Part shown: in pieces, positions 45,472-53,894 of the stretch
Layout: each line of letters begins with the position of its first letter
How positions within the stretch are numbered: the stretch's first letter is position 1
DNA from: an uncultured Candidatus Micrarchaeota archaeon
GTDB lineage: Archaea; Micrarchaeota; Micrarchaeia; Burarchaeales; Fermentimicrarchaeaceae
NCBI GenBank assembly: GCA_963760615.1
Contig: CAVXDX010000004.1
Span: forward strand, 78,223-142,222
Direction: 5' to 3'
DNA length: 64,000 nucleotides
Notes under the pieces: model-generated
What the model was told of the DNA's origin: nothing
The model's input: only the letters and a program-made list of their open reading frames with translations
Database searches by the model: none
Position numbers and translations under genes: made by a program

Positions 45472-47235
45472 CTACAGCACCTTGCTCAGAGGAAGGTTGC
45501 TCTCGGCAGCCTTAATCACAACATCTGGGTTCTTGTAGTACAACCCAATAACCGCACCTACATCATCAACAGACCTTATCCCATTCTTCTTCATCCAGTC
45601 CAGCAACTTCATTTTTTCCTCAATGTCCTTCTTTATTTCACCAGAGCTCATTCCTGTATGGAGGTTCAAGTCCTCAAGGACTCTTGAGCTCTCATTCACC
45701 TTTTCGAAGGAATCTGTCCTGGGCTTCCATTTGAAGAGAGTGTTCAGCGTGACAGCCTCGACAGATGATACAACCAGCTCGCTTATCTCATACACCCTCC
45801 TTATCTCTTTCCTTCTGTCCCTGTACTGAACCACTATGAGCTGCAGCGACTCCAGCTCCGTCATGGGCAGCTCTATTGGAGGGTGAGTGAGCCTCCTGAG
45901 CACCTGCGAAGCAGTATCCGCGTGCATTGTCGAATACACAGCATGGCCAGTGTGCATTGCCTCAAACAGAACTTCGGCCTCCCTCCGTCTCCTTATCTCC
46001 CCAACAACTATCCTGTCGGGCCTCATCCTCAGCGAAGTCATCATGAGGTCAAGCATCCTAACCTGCCCCTTTCCTTCAGGGTTGGGGTTCCTTGTGGTGA
46101 GCGGCACCCAGTTCCACTTGAGGTATGCTGGCAGCGCCAGCTCCCGTGTGTCCTCTATGGTAACCGTCCTGTTGCTGGGCGGTATGAGCGCGCACAGGGT
46201 GTTCAAGGTACTTGTCTTTCCTGAAGCAGTGCCTCCAGCAACAAGTATGTTTATCTCGTATTGCATGCACAGCCAAAGAAAAGCAGCCATCTCCTCAGAC
46301 AGTGTATTCATCTTCTCGCCGATGAAGTCAACAAGCGTCCAGGGGTTTCTTGAGAACCTTCTTATAGTTATGGTATTACCGGAACTTGAGATTGGAAAAA
46401 GCGTCGCGTTAGCCCTGTCGCCTGTCGGAAGGTGGGCGTCAAGTATCGGTGCGAGCAGTGTTATCTCCCTCCCTGCCTTTCTCCCAATCTGCGAGGCGTA
46501 GTTGTATATATCCTCCTCGGATTCCAGATGCAGGTTGGTTTTCATCCACCCCAGCTTCCTGTGGTATACTGAAATGGGCTCCGAGGAGCCGTTCACTGCA
46601 ACTTCCTCAAGCCAGTCATCAGACATGAGTATTTCTATGTCGCCAAGCCCGTACATCCTGTTGAGCAGAATCCCCGCAAGCAGCTTCCTCTTCTCCTCAT
46701 CTGCTTCAGGCAACTCCTCGGTGAGCCTGCTCATGGCTGCGTTATAGAATTTATCCCTAACCTCCCCGAACTTCCTCACATCGCTTATCTCCTCACTCTG
46801 AACTGTTATAATTCTCGCAAGCTCATCCCTCAGATAATCCATGAAAAGTTTGGTGTAAGGACCCAGTACAGGAAGCGTTAGCACATATACGGGTCTGCTC
46901 TCTCCCCTGACGTCCATAATTGTGATAAGGGATTTGATGTTGTTTGTCTCTATATTGTAGGTTTCTATCACCTTTCCCTCCTGCAGCAGGCTCTGCTCCG
47001 CCTCCAGTTTCTTCTTAAGCTTAAGATGGGGCCTCTGCATGATGTTAAGGGGGTATATAACTTCGATAATCCCCTTCTCCTGCAGTATCTTGCCTACCTT
47101 CTCAACCTTGGTCTGCTCAACGCCAACCTTGTTGGCCAGGAAGGGGATCTCTGCCATCTGGTCCTTCTCGGAAGCCAGCGCATCGCATATCTCATCGACT
47201 TTTGTTGAAATTACAGTGGAATTTGCCTCTGTCAT
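45472..47235 (-). CDS. Type IV pilus assembly ATPase (TadA/VirB11/ArlI family) with N-terminal extension
   Basis: AGGTASGKTSTL, TIEDTREL, LRMRPDRIVVGEIR, MHTGHAVYSTMHA. Confidence 0.95.
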   Translation of the reverse strand: MTEANSTVISTKVDEICDALASEKDQMAEIPFLANKVGVEQTKVEKVGKILQEKGIIEVIYPLNIMQRPHLKLKKKLEAEQSLLQEGKVIETYNIETNNIKSLITIMDVRGESRPVYVLTLPVLGPYTKLFMDYLRDELARIITVQSEEISDVRKFGEVRDKFYNAAMSRLTEELPEADEEKRKLLAGILLNRMYGLGDIEILMSDDWLEEVAVNGSSEPISVYHRKLGWMKTNLHLESEEDIYNYASQIGRKAGREITLLAPILDAHLPTGDRANATLFPISSSGNTITIRRFSRNPWTLVDFIGEKMNTLSEEMAAFLWLCMQYEINILVAGGTASGKTSTLNTLCALIPPSNRTVTIEDTRELALPAYLKWNWVPLTTRNPNPEGKGQVRMLDLMMTSLRMRPDRIVVGEIRRRREAEVLFEAMHTGHAVYSTMHADTASQVLRRLTHPPIELPMTELESLQLIVVQYRDRRKEIRRVYEISELVVSSVEAVTLNTLFKWKPRTDSFEKVNESSRVLEDLNLHTGMSSGEIKKDIEEKMKLLDWMKKNGIRSVDDVGAVIGLYYKNPDVVIKAAESNLPLSKVL

Positions 47236-47412
47236 AAGTAAGAATTTTCCTTACTCAATATAAAAAGGTATTGCCTAACTCCTGCTTTCGGTTAGGAATA
47301 ACAAAAAGTGGCCTAATACCGCAAGTTTTAAAAACAAAACTAGCTCAAAATAGACGTAGCGACCAGGAATACATTGAAATAGTCCATGTAGCTGGTCCCA
47401 TAAGGGATAGAG

Positions 47413-50202
47413 ATGGCCAGCTTTAGAGGGAAAAAGGGATTCATACATTTATTGTTAGAGTACTCTTTTGGAATCCTCCTTATTCTATCAGCTGCATACA
47501 TGGCCGAATCGCTGCTTTCCAACCCCAATAAGCCGTTAGAACGCATTCTGCTGCTGGACTCTGCAAATGGTGTAAGCGATAACTCCACACCTCCTGAAAA
47601 CTCATCTCAGACTAATATGACAGACAACAGCACCAATGCCACAGTTGCAAATGGCAACTTTACAGAAAACCCATCCGAAAACAATACCAATGCAACCGCT
47701 CCGGAGATCCCCGCTAATGTAACTAATCAAACAGAACTGCCCCCCGAACAGAACGCCACGGAAAACATAACAGAGAACAACACCAATCCTCTAATTCCGC
47801 TCTCTGCCATCAATAAGACCACTTCAGAAAATACGGGCAATGTGGAAAACATAACCTACACGCGACCTTCAAACTTAATTAAGGGAGAAATTGTAAAGTA
47901 TACCCCTACTTCAGAAACGCATTGTATCAAGGGTACCTGTGTGGCTACACTATATCCTACGCGAAATTTCATTCAGGATAGGCTTGGAAAATGGAAACGC
48001 TTAGGAGAAATTACGAATATAACCTACTCCAATAACCTACTCAACATCTCTTGGAATACGAGGAGCATCCTCCTTCAGCCGTATATCCGATATAATGGAA
48101 GCTATACAGAACAATTACCCTCAGAGTATAACTTCTCAATTTCGTATACTAATTTTATAGATTATATAGAATTCAAGCCAAGAATCAAATTTGTTGATGG
48201 ATTGACGGAGTTTGGCTTCAAGAAAGTAAGCTGGTCCAATGATGAAGTTGTAATTAATTTTGACGATTTGGCTGCGAATAATTTTGAAGTAACCCAGAAC
48301 GAAACTCACATTTCTATACGAAATCTGGAGGGGAGAGTAAGCTCTAATGAGATGCTTGAATTGGATCCCACAATCACTCTCAATGAGTCAAACAGCGGGA
48401 ATGTGGGCGACTCATTCACAAACAGCTCGGATACAGGAGTTAATTACGGAACTCTCTTGAACCTGAGCGTAAGGAGTTACACCTCAGGTGATGTCCGCAG
48501 GGTTTTCTTGCTCTTCAATCTTAGTGTTATACCTTCAAGCGCAACAATAACGGATGCAAATCTATCGTTGTACATGTTTGTTGCTCCAAGTAACAGCAGA
48601 ACCTATAGTGCTTATAACACATCAAACAGCTGGACTGAAACCGGGATAACGCAGAGCAACCAACCCGCAGCAGATACGCTGCAGCAAGGAGTGACCGTTA
48701 CCACCCCTGCCAGTGTTTGGAAGAGTTGGAATGTTACTAATGCGGCAGTTTCAAGCTACGCGCAGACAAACAAAAATATGAGCATAATGATAAGGGATAA
48801 TACTGAAACTGCCACTACTGCGAGATTTGCTCTGTTTGTTTCAAAGGAAAACACAACAGATACATCCAAGAGACCGCAACTTATCATTACATATGTGACA
48901 CCACCAACGTATTCCGACAATTCCACCAGTTCAACTTTGGCAAATACTAATGTGGAGCACAGGCTCAAATGGCAGAGCGAAACAGGATTAAGCGGTTATA
49001 TCTTCAGTTTCTGCAATGGAACCTACCAAAAAGCTACCATAACTCTGAATCCGACAACAACCTACACATTCCTGGACAACACGAGCAACAACGCATACTG
49101 GGCGTCACCTGTAAATCCTATCACCTCGCCAGCAGGAGGAACAGAGGCGACTGCGGTTCAATATACAAATATGAGTTTAAACGACTCCTCATTCGCAAGG
49201 GTGTTAGGTGATGCGACAAACAACGATGACCCATACTGGAGCATGAACTTCACGATAAACGAAACTACAGCAAGCATAAACTGGATTAATGTCAGTCTTG
49301 GAGGTTTCAAAGTCCTTACTGGTGGTTCTGAAGCGGCAACCTGCTATGTGTTCAACTGGACTTCTGTGACTTGGCTTTCAATTTCAACTTTGGGGACTAC
49401 CCCCACAATAATTTCAAGCAACTACACCGCAGGAATTGGCGATATAGTAAATGCAAGCACTAAGGTATTGAATGTTTATTGCACAGGAGCACAGTTTGAT
49501 TTGAATGAAGGTATCTATCTTGACTTCGTAAGTGTGGTGGTGAACAGCAGCAACACAACCTATTCGACTGCCAATTGCAGTGATGCCAATGCGGTGCTTA
49601 CAAATGACTCGTGGGTCGCTATGACCGGAACCTTGGACTGGTCGAATGTCACCAAACTGATTACCTCAACCGAAGAGGCAACAGTCAAATGGTGTGTGTA
49701 TGCAAACAATACCGGTGGTGCTTGGAATTCCACGTCCTGCTCCAATCCGTTTGTTTACCTAACGACAGCACAGGTGGTGGGTTTCACGATAACTCTTCCA
49801 GGGCAGAATCCCGTCGATGCAGCAGAGGAAGGGAATGCAACCGCAGATATAGAGTTCAACCTTACAGGTGGCAACACTGCAAGCAACGTTGCTCCATGCA
49901 TTGCTGCAACTTCAACATGCCAGACAAGCGGCACACCCATTTTTGTATTTACCAATACTGGAACTGCAACTCTGAGCTGGTATGTTTATCTTGATACTAA
50001 TATGCCAGCAAGCATGACTCTGAAAGGAAAGACGAATAATGACCCTGCGGGAGCTACGACCATAACAACAACTGGATGGCTTGTTGCAAGCTCAATCGCT
50101 CCCAGCAATTCGCAGAATGCATGGCTGTGGACGGATTTCACTGGTGCAAAGGTAAGTGATGCTACAAGCAGAACCTTAAAAAACAATGCAACTTCAACGT
50201 GA
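47413..50202 (+). CDS. Large surface adhesin-like protein: sequon-rich linker, DNRLRE-like domain, Ig domain with an inserted beta-sandwich, C-terminal fibre-subunit-like domain
   Basis: N-terminal TM/signal; LELDPTITL, DSFTNSS...NYG...RRVFLLFNLS...ANLSLY...W...GIT...SKE...RPQLIITY; C-terminal 140 aa paralogous to the 50303 protein. Confidence 0.75.
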   Translation: MASFRGKKGFIHLLLEYSFGILLILSAAYMAESLLSNPNKPLERILLLDSANGVSDNSTPPENSSQTNMTDNSTNATVANGNFTENPSENNTNATAPEIPANVTNQTELPPEQNATENITENNTNPLIPLSAINKTTSENTGNVENITYTRPSNLIKGEIVKYTPTSETHCIKGTCVATLYPTRNFIQDRLGKWKRLGEITNITYSNNLLNISWNTRSILLQPYIRYNGSYTEQLPSEYNFSISYTNFIDYIEFKPRIKFVDGLTEFGFKKVSWSNDEVVINFDDLAANNFEVTQNETHISIRNLEGRVSSNEMLELDPTITLNESNSGNVGDSFTNSSDTGVNYGTLLNLSVRSYTSGDVRRVFLLFNLSVIPSSATITDANLSLYMFVAPSNSRTYSAYNTSNSWTETGITQSNQPAADTLQQGVTVTTPASVWKSWNVTNAAVSSYAQTNKNMSIMIRDNTETATTARFALFVSKENTTDTSKRPQLIITYVTPPTYSDNSTSSTLANTNVEHRLKWQSETGLSGYIFSFCNGTYQKATITLNPTTTYTFLDNTSNNAYWASPVNPITSPAGGTEATAVQYTNMSLNDSSFARVLGDATNNDDPYWSMNFTINETTASINWINVSLGGFKVLTGGSEAATCYVFNWTSVTWLSISTLGTTPTIISSNYTAGIGDIVNASTKVLNVYCTGAQFDLNEGIYLDFVSVVVNSSNTTYSTANCSDANAVLTNDSWVAMTGTLDWSNVTKLITSTEEATVKWCVYANNTGGAWNSTSCSNPFVYLTTAQVVGFTITLPGQNPVDAAEEGNATADIEFNLTGGNTASNVAPCIAATSTCQTSGTPIFVFTNTGTATLSWYVYLDTNMPASMTLKGKTNNDPAGATTITTTGWLVASSIAPSNSQNAWLWTDFTGAKVSDATSRTLKNNATST

Positions 50203-50266
50203 TGTTATGAAAAAGAAAACTGAATTTAATGCTGAGAACGGAGAAATCCGTCTCAATTGTTTAATA

Positions 50267-50297
50267 TTTAAACGCCTAACGGCGTCCGTGAGGTGGT
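50267..50297 (+). promoter_or_regulatory. TATA-like box and Shine-Dalgarno for the 50303 gene
   Basis: TTTAAA at 50267-50272; GAGGTGGT at 50290-50297, 5 nt before the ATG. Confidence 0.5.
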
Positions 50298-50302
50298 AAA
50301 AA

Positions 50303-50842
50303 ATGAATCTGTGGAGAAAAACCATTTTGACAGCAACTGTTTTGGCAGTGCTGTCTTCGGTTATATACGCAGCAGCATACACAACAACCCTGACGTACTT
50401 CAACATAGCAACCGTGGAGTCATTCACAGTGACTCTCCCAGGCGAAAGTGCCGTTCCTGCAACAGGTGGCGGTGCAGCAACACACGACATAGAATTCAAT
50501 GCAAGCAGCGGAACGATTACTTGTGTAGACCCATGCATAACTGGAGGAGGGACCTGCCAATCAAGCCCAACACCCATATTCGTAGTACAAAACACAGGCA
50601 CAGTTAACCTCAACATCTCCGCGAAGTTCACAGTATCCCCGCCATCGTGCGTGAAGGTTGGGGGAGCTACAACTTACGCTGGAGCATGTGCAGGCTCAAC
50701 AATAGACACCAGCTACGTGACAGTGCAGAACAATCTTGCACCAGCAGGGTCGGTAAACTGGTACGAGCAGGCAAACTTCACGTCATGCACGTCAGCAGAC
50801 ACTACAAGCAAGACGCAGTGGGTGTACGGAGTGACCAGCTGA
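50303..50842 (+). CDS. Small secreted beta-protein, candidate fibre (TasA/bundling-pilus-like) subunit
   Basis: Sec-type signal; FTVTLPG...DIEFN...C...CQ...PIFVVQNTGTVNL; 6 Cys. Confidence 0.6.
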   Translation: MNLWRKTILTATVLAVLSSVIYAAAYTTTLTYFNIATVESFTVTLPGESAVPATGGGAATHDIEFNASSGTITCVDPCITGGGTCQSSPTPIFVVQNTGTVNLNISAKFTVSPPSCVKVGGATTYAGACAGSTIDTSYVTVQNNLAPAGSVNWYEQANFTSCTSADTTSKTQWVYGVTS

Positions 50843-50852
50843 AGAGAATACC

Positions 50853-50870
50853 TTTCTTTTTGTTTTTTTT
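50853..50870 (+). terminator. Archaeal oligo-T terminator candidate
   Basis: TTTCTTTTTGTTTTTTTT about 10 nt after the stop of 50303..50842. Confidence 0.6.
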
Positions 50871-50895
50871 GGTATTGAAGAAAGAGGTGTAGGAG

Positions 50896-51057
50896 ATGAG
50901 GCAGATTGCAATAGTATTGGAAACAGCACGGGGAGACATAGATACCCTCACCTGCGAGATAAAGACAAAGGTGAATGAGCTGGGCAATGTCGAGTGGGTG
51001 GGGTATCATGTGAAAAAACTGAGAAATGAAAAATTTGAAAAAAACTTTAGAAGGTGA
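50896..51057 (+). CDS. Small hypothetical protein (53 aa), below the ORF-track cutoff
   Basis: MRQIAIVLETARGDIDTLTCEIKTKVNELGNVEWVGYHVKKLRNEKFEKNFRR; preceded by GAGGTG...GGAG; stop overlaps the next gene's RBS. Confidence 0.5.
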   Translation: MRQIAIVLETARGDIDTLTCEIKTKVNELGNVEWVGYHVKKLRNEKFEKNFRR

Positions 51058-51062
51058 GATTG

Positions 51063-52184
51063 ATGGAAAAGGAAAAAGCTAGGCGGCATCTCTGGTTCAT
51101 CCCCCTGGTGGCTATTGCTTTAATAGCCGTGCTCGTAGTGGGATGTTTCTCTTCGAACCAGACTCCGAGCGGAGGGAATCAAACCCCCCCCCCAAATGAG
51201 AATGCGACAAAACCGGCAGAACAGAACGCAACTCAATTTGTTGAACCGAAGGTATACTCTCCTTACTACGCCGGGCTGGAGAGCATTGTAAACGCAGAGT
51301 TGAATAAGACTTCGGCCAATGCCACAAGAGGAGACTACCTCCCAACAACGATGTTCAGAGAGCTGCCAGACTTCCCGAAAGACTTGTACCAGATGCAGGT
51401 CCTCTTCAAGTACTACCAGATGGGGAAGATAAGGAACCAGACGGACACCACTAAAAAGGAGATAGGGCCCGAGTACTGGAAGCAGCCTGAGTGGATCCCT
51501 ACTTTCTCCACAAACGGTTTGAAAATGATTCAAAACCCACCCCTGGATACATACTACTACGGCTGGGCGGACTATGAACTCACAGGCGCAAACCAGATGA
51601 GGAACAAGAATACGGGTGCAATAACCACATTCAACCCAGGTGTGGTTGCAACAGTGCTCCCAAACAAAACCATCGAGGTGAAGGTTCCCAGAATTGGGGT
51701 GGAGGGCTACACAGTCTACCCATCAGATATGGTGATAGTGGATGCGCACCCAGACACAATATTTGACGTCTACACAGTCCTATACTCCGGATGGTATGTA
51801 CAGCTATACCAGGGTGTGAAGCTAAACGCAACATTCCCAGATTCTGGTGCAATCGAGGATTTCCAGATATTCCCAGACGGAACCAAGACGGTGAATCAAA
51901 ACCCAAGCGAGGTGCAGAAATACTTCAATGTTGAGTTCGAACCGGACCAGTTTGCCATAGAACCGAGCTTCCCAGTCTTCAAGGATGGTTGGGCCAAGCT
52001 CATAAGGATGAGAATCACAGTCAACGAAAGCACACCAAAGGGCAAATATCTGATTGGAATGGACATAGTGCCGCCTTCCAAGGAGTTCAATGATGACATG
52101 GTATGGAAATACAAGACAGAGTACCGAGTCGGAGGGATGGGCATAGGAAGGCCATTCTTCAGAGTTTTTGTGCAAGTGGTTTAA
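51063..52184 (+). CDS. Putative lipoprotein of unknown function
   Basis: Basic N-terminus, hydrophobic stretch and lipobox-like VLVVGC; Pro/Asn linker; C-terminal Ig-like TVNESTPKGKYLIG. Confidence 0.65.
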   Translation: MEKEKARRHLWFIPLVAIALIAVLVVGCFSSNQTPSGGNQTPPPNENATKPAEQNATQFVEPKVYSPYYAGLESIVNAELNKTSANATRGDYLPTTMFRELPDFPKDLYQMQVLFKYYQMGKIRNQTDTTKKEIGPEYWKQPEWIPTFSTNGLKMIQNPPLDTYYYGWADYELTGANQMRNKNTGAITTFNPGVVATVLPNKTIEVKVPRIGVEGYTVYPSDMVIVDAHPDTIFDVYTVLYSGWYVQLYQGVKLNATFPDSGAIEDFQIFPDGTKTVNQNPSEVQKYFNVEFEPDQFAIEPSFPVFKDGWAKLIRMRITVNESTPKGKYLIGMDIVPPSKEFNDDMVWKYKTEYRVGGMGIGRPFFRVFVQVV

Positions 52185-52200
52185 AAAATAAGATGAGCGC

Positions 52201-53883
52201 ATGAGACCGAGGATTGAGATAGCAATCCTCTTTTCTTCATTTTTGCTACTTTTGGCCATACCCATATGCGGCGAGGGATATACCTCAACCCAGACCTACG
52301 TGGCTATTGCAGAGCCCAGAGTTGAGGTGCGGAATTTAGTGCTGAGCTCCTACTCGGTTTACCAAGGCAGCTCGATTGATTTTTCAGTGAGCCTGCGGAA
52401 CTTTGGAACTGCTTCCACAATAGCTACCTCTGAAATCAAGATATACGACGCCTCGAACACTGTTGTTGGAACCATATCCTATGATGCTGTCACGTTATAC
52501 CCGGGTCAGATGGCAACGATTCAAAAAACTTGGAGTACAGGCGCTCTGCCAATTGGAGCTTACCGTGCTGTTGCGCAGGCAAGCTATGAATCAAACCTCT
52601 CAAACACAGTTGAGAAGAATTTCTCAATAGCAATACAGCCAGCCGCTGCGCCGAATCAACCAACGCCGGTGTTTCCCATCATTATACCCCCCGCAATAAC
52701 TCCCATTACTGGGAAAGCTGTCTTTCTGAAGACGACTGTTCTGAAAGAGCTCCTCGCAGGACAAGGCGGCGTGAACAGCTTATTGCTGAAGAATGTAGGG
52801 GAAAGCATACTCAACATCACCCTCAGCTTAGGGGGCATCCCCAAGGAATGGGTCGTTCTGCCTTCAGATAAAACTCTAATCCTACCAAATGAGACAAGAA
52901 TAATAGACCTTGGGCTATCACTACCTAAGGACATACCGGCTGGTGACTATCTTGTTAAAATTGATGCCACTGGCGGGGCAAATTCAACAGATTTCCTTGC
53001 GTTGAGGGTTAAGAGTTATCCCACAGATTATGACCAGCCAATTGCGCTTAAGACAATAAGCATCGATGAGGCTCTGAAAGAGACGATTGTTTCCATTGAT
53101 GTTAGGAATCCATCGAATGACATAATGGATGTCGTCCAGCTGCAGGAGAGAATTCCATACTCCGTCAACGATGAACAGATTGAATTTCTGGATAAACAGG
53201 GCAAAATCATCACAGTCAACGGAGAGAAGACGATACTATGGGAGTTTACAAATGTCCATCCCCAGGAAACATTCCACATATCCTACAACATAAAAAACTT
53301 CCTCACTGATTACTCCACCTACATGAATTGGCATGTCTCACAGATTCTTGTAACCTCAAAACAGAGTACTGCAGATCTGGTGAAAATACTTGAACTAACC
53401 TCAACAAGCATAAACGGGAGTGGTAGCGGGGAAGTTAGCGCATCGGTGCTTTATGTTGGAAATGATCCTGCGGATGTTACAATACTTCTTGAGGTCCCAG
53501 AGGGTTTCACCGTTGAGCCAACTACAATCACCAGAACACTCATACCAAAAGCTGTTGCATCGGTTGATTTCAAGCTTAGCACTTCCAAAATTGAGCATGA
53601 CACCTACACGGTGCGACTTTTTGTGATTGGCAAAGACTTCAGCACTTATATGACAACTCCAGTTCTAGTAAGCAGAGAAGTTACCCAGCCTTCATTCTCA
53701 ATTCTCTCGATTTTAAGCCTGGAGCAGATTGTTGGAGTTTCGGCATTCATGGCAACGGCAGTTACTATCTCAATTCTCTCCTACAGAAGAATTAGGGGGG
53801 GACCCAAGCCGGCGTATAGCCAAGAGAGGCTTGACTACATGAGAAACATTAAAAAGATGGTTACAAGCAAAAATAATAAGTAA
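52201..53883 (+). CDS. Secreted CARDB/Ig-repeat protein with C-terminal TM anchor
   Basis: VSLRNFGT, LKNVGE...LSLPKDIPAGDYLVKI; C-terminal hydrophobic helix and basic tail. Confidence 0.75.
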   Translation: MRPRIEIAILFSSFLLLLAIPICGEGYTSTQTYVAIAEPRVEVRNLVLSSYSVYQGSSIDFSVSLRNFGTASTIATSEIKIYDASNTVVGTISYDAVTLYPGQMATIQKTWSTGALPIGAYRAVAQASYESNLSNTVEKNFSIAIQPAAAPNQPTPVFPIIIPPAITPITGKAVFLKTTVLKELLAGQGGVNSLLLKNVGESILNITLSLGGIPKEWVVLPSDKTLILPNETRIIDLGLSLPKDIPAGDYLVKIDATGGANSTDFLALRVKSYPTDYDQPIALKTISIDEALKETIVSIDVRNPSNDIMDVVQLQERIPYSVNDEQIEFLDKQGKIITVNGEKTILWEFTNVHPQETFHISYNIKNFLTDYSTYMNWHVSQILVTSKQSTADLVKILELTSTSINGSGSGEVSASVLYVGNDPADVTILLEVPEGFTVEPTTITRTLIPKAVASVDFKLSTSKIEHDTYTVRLFVIGKDFSTYMTTPVLVSREVTQPSFSILSILSLEQIVGVSAFMATAVTISILSYRRIRGGPKPAYSQERLDYMRNIKKMVTSKNNK

Positions 53884-53894
53884 GTGGTGGGCGC

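Noticed and set aside
32205-50842. Diversity-generating retroelement acting on the adhesins
   Set aside because: No reverse transcriptase and no TR/VR pair differing only at adenines were seen; the repeats are short border anchors.
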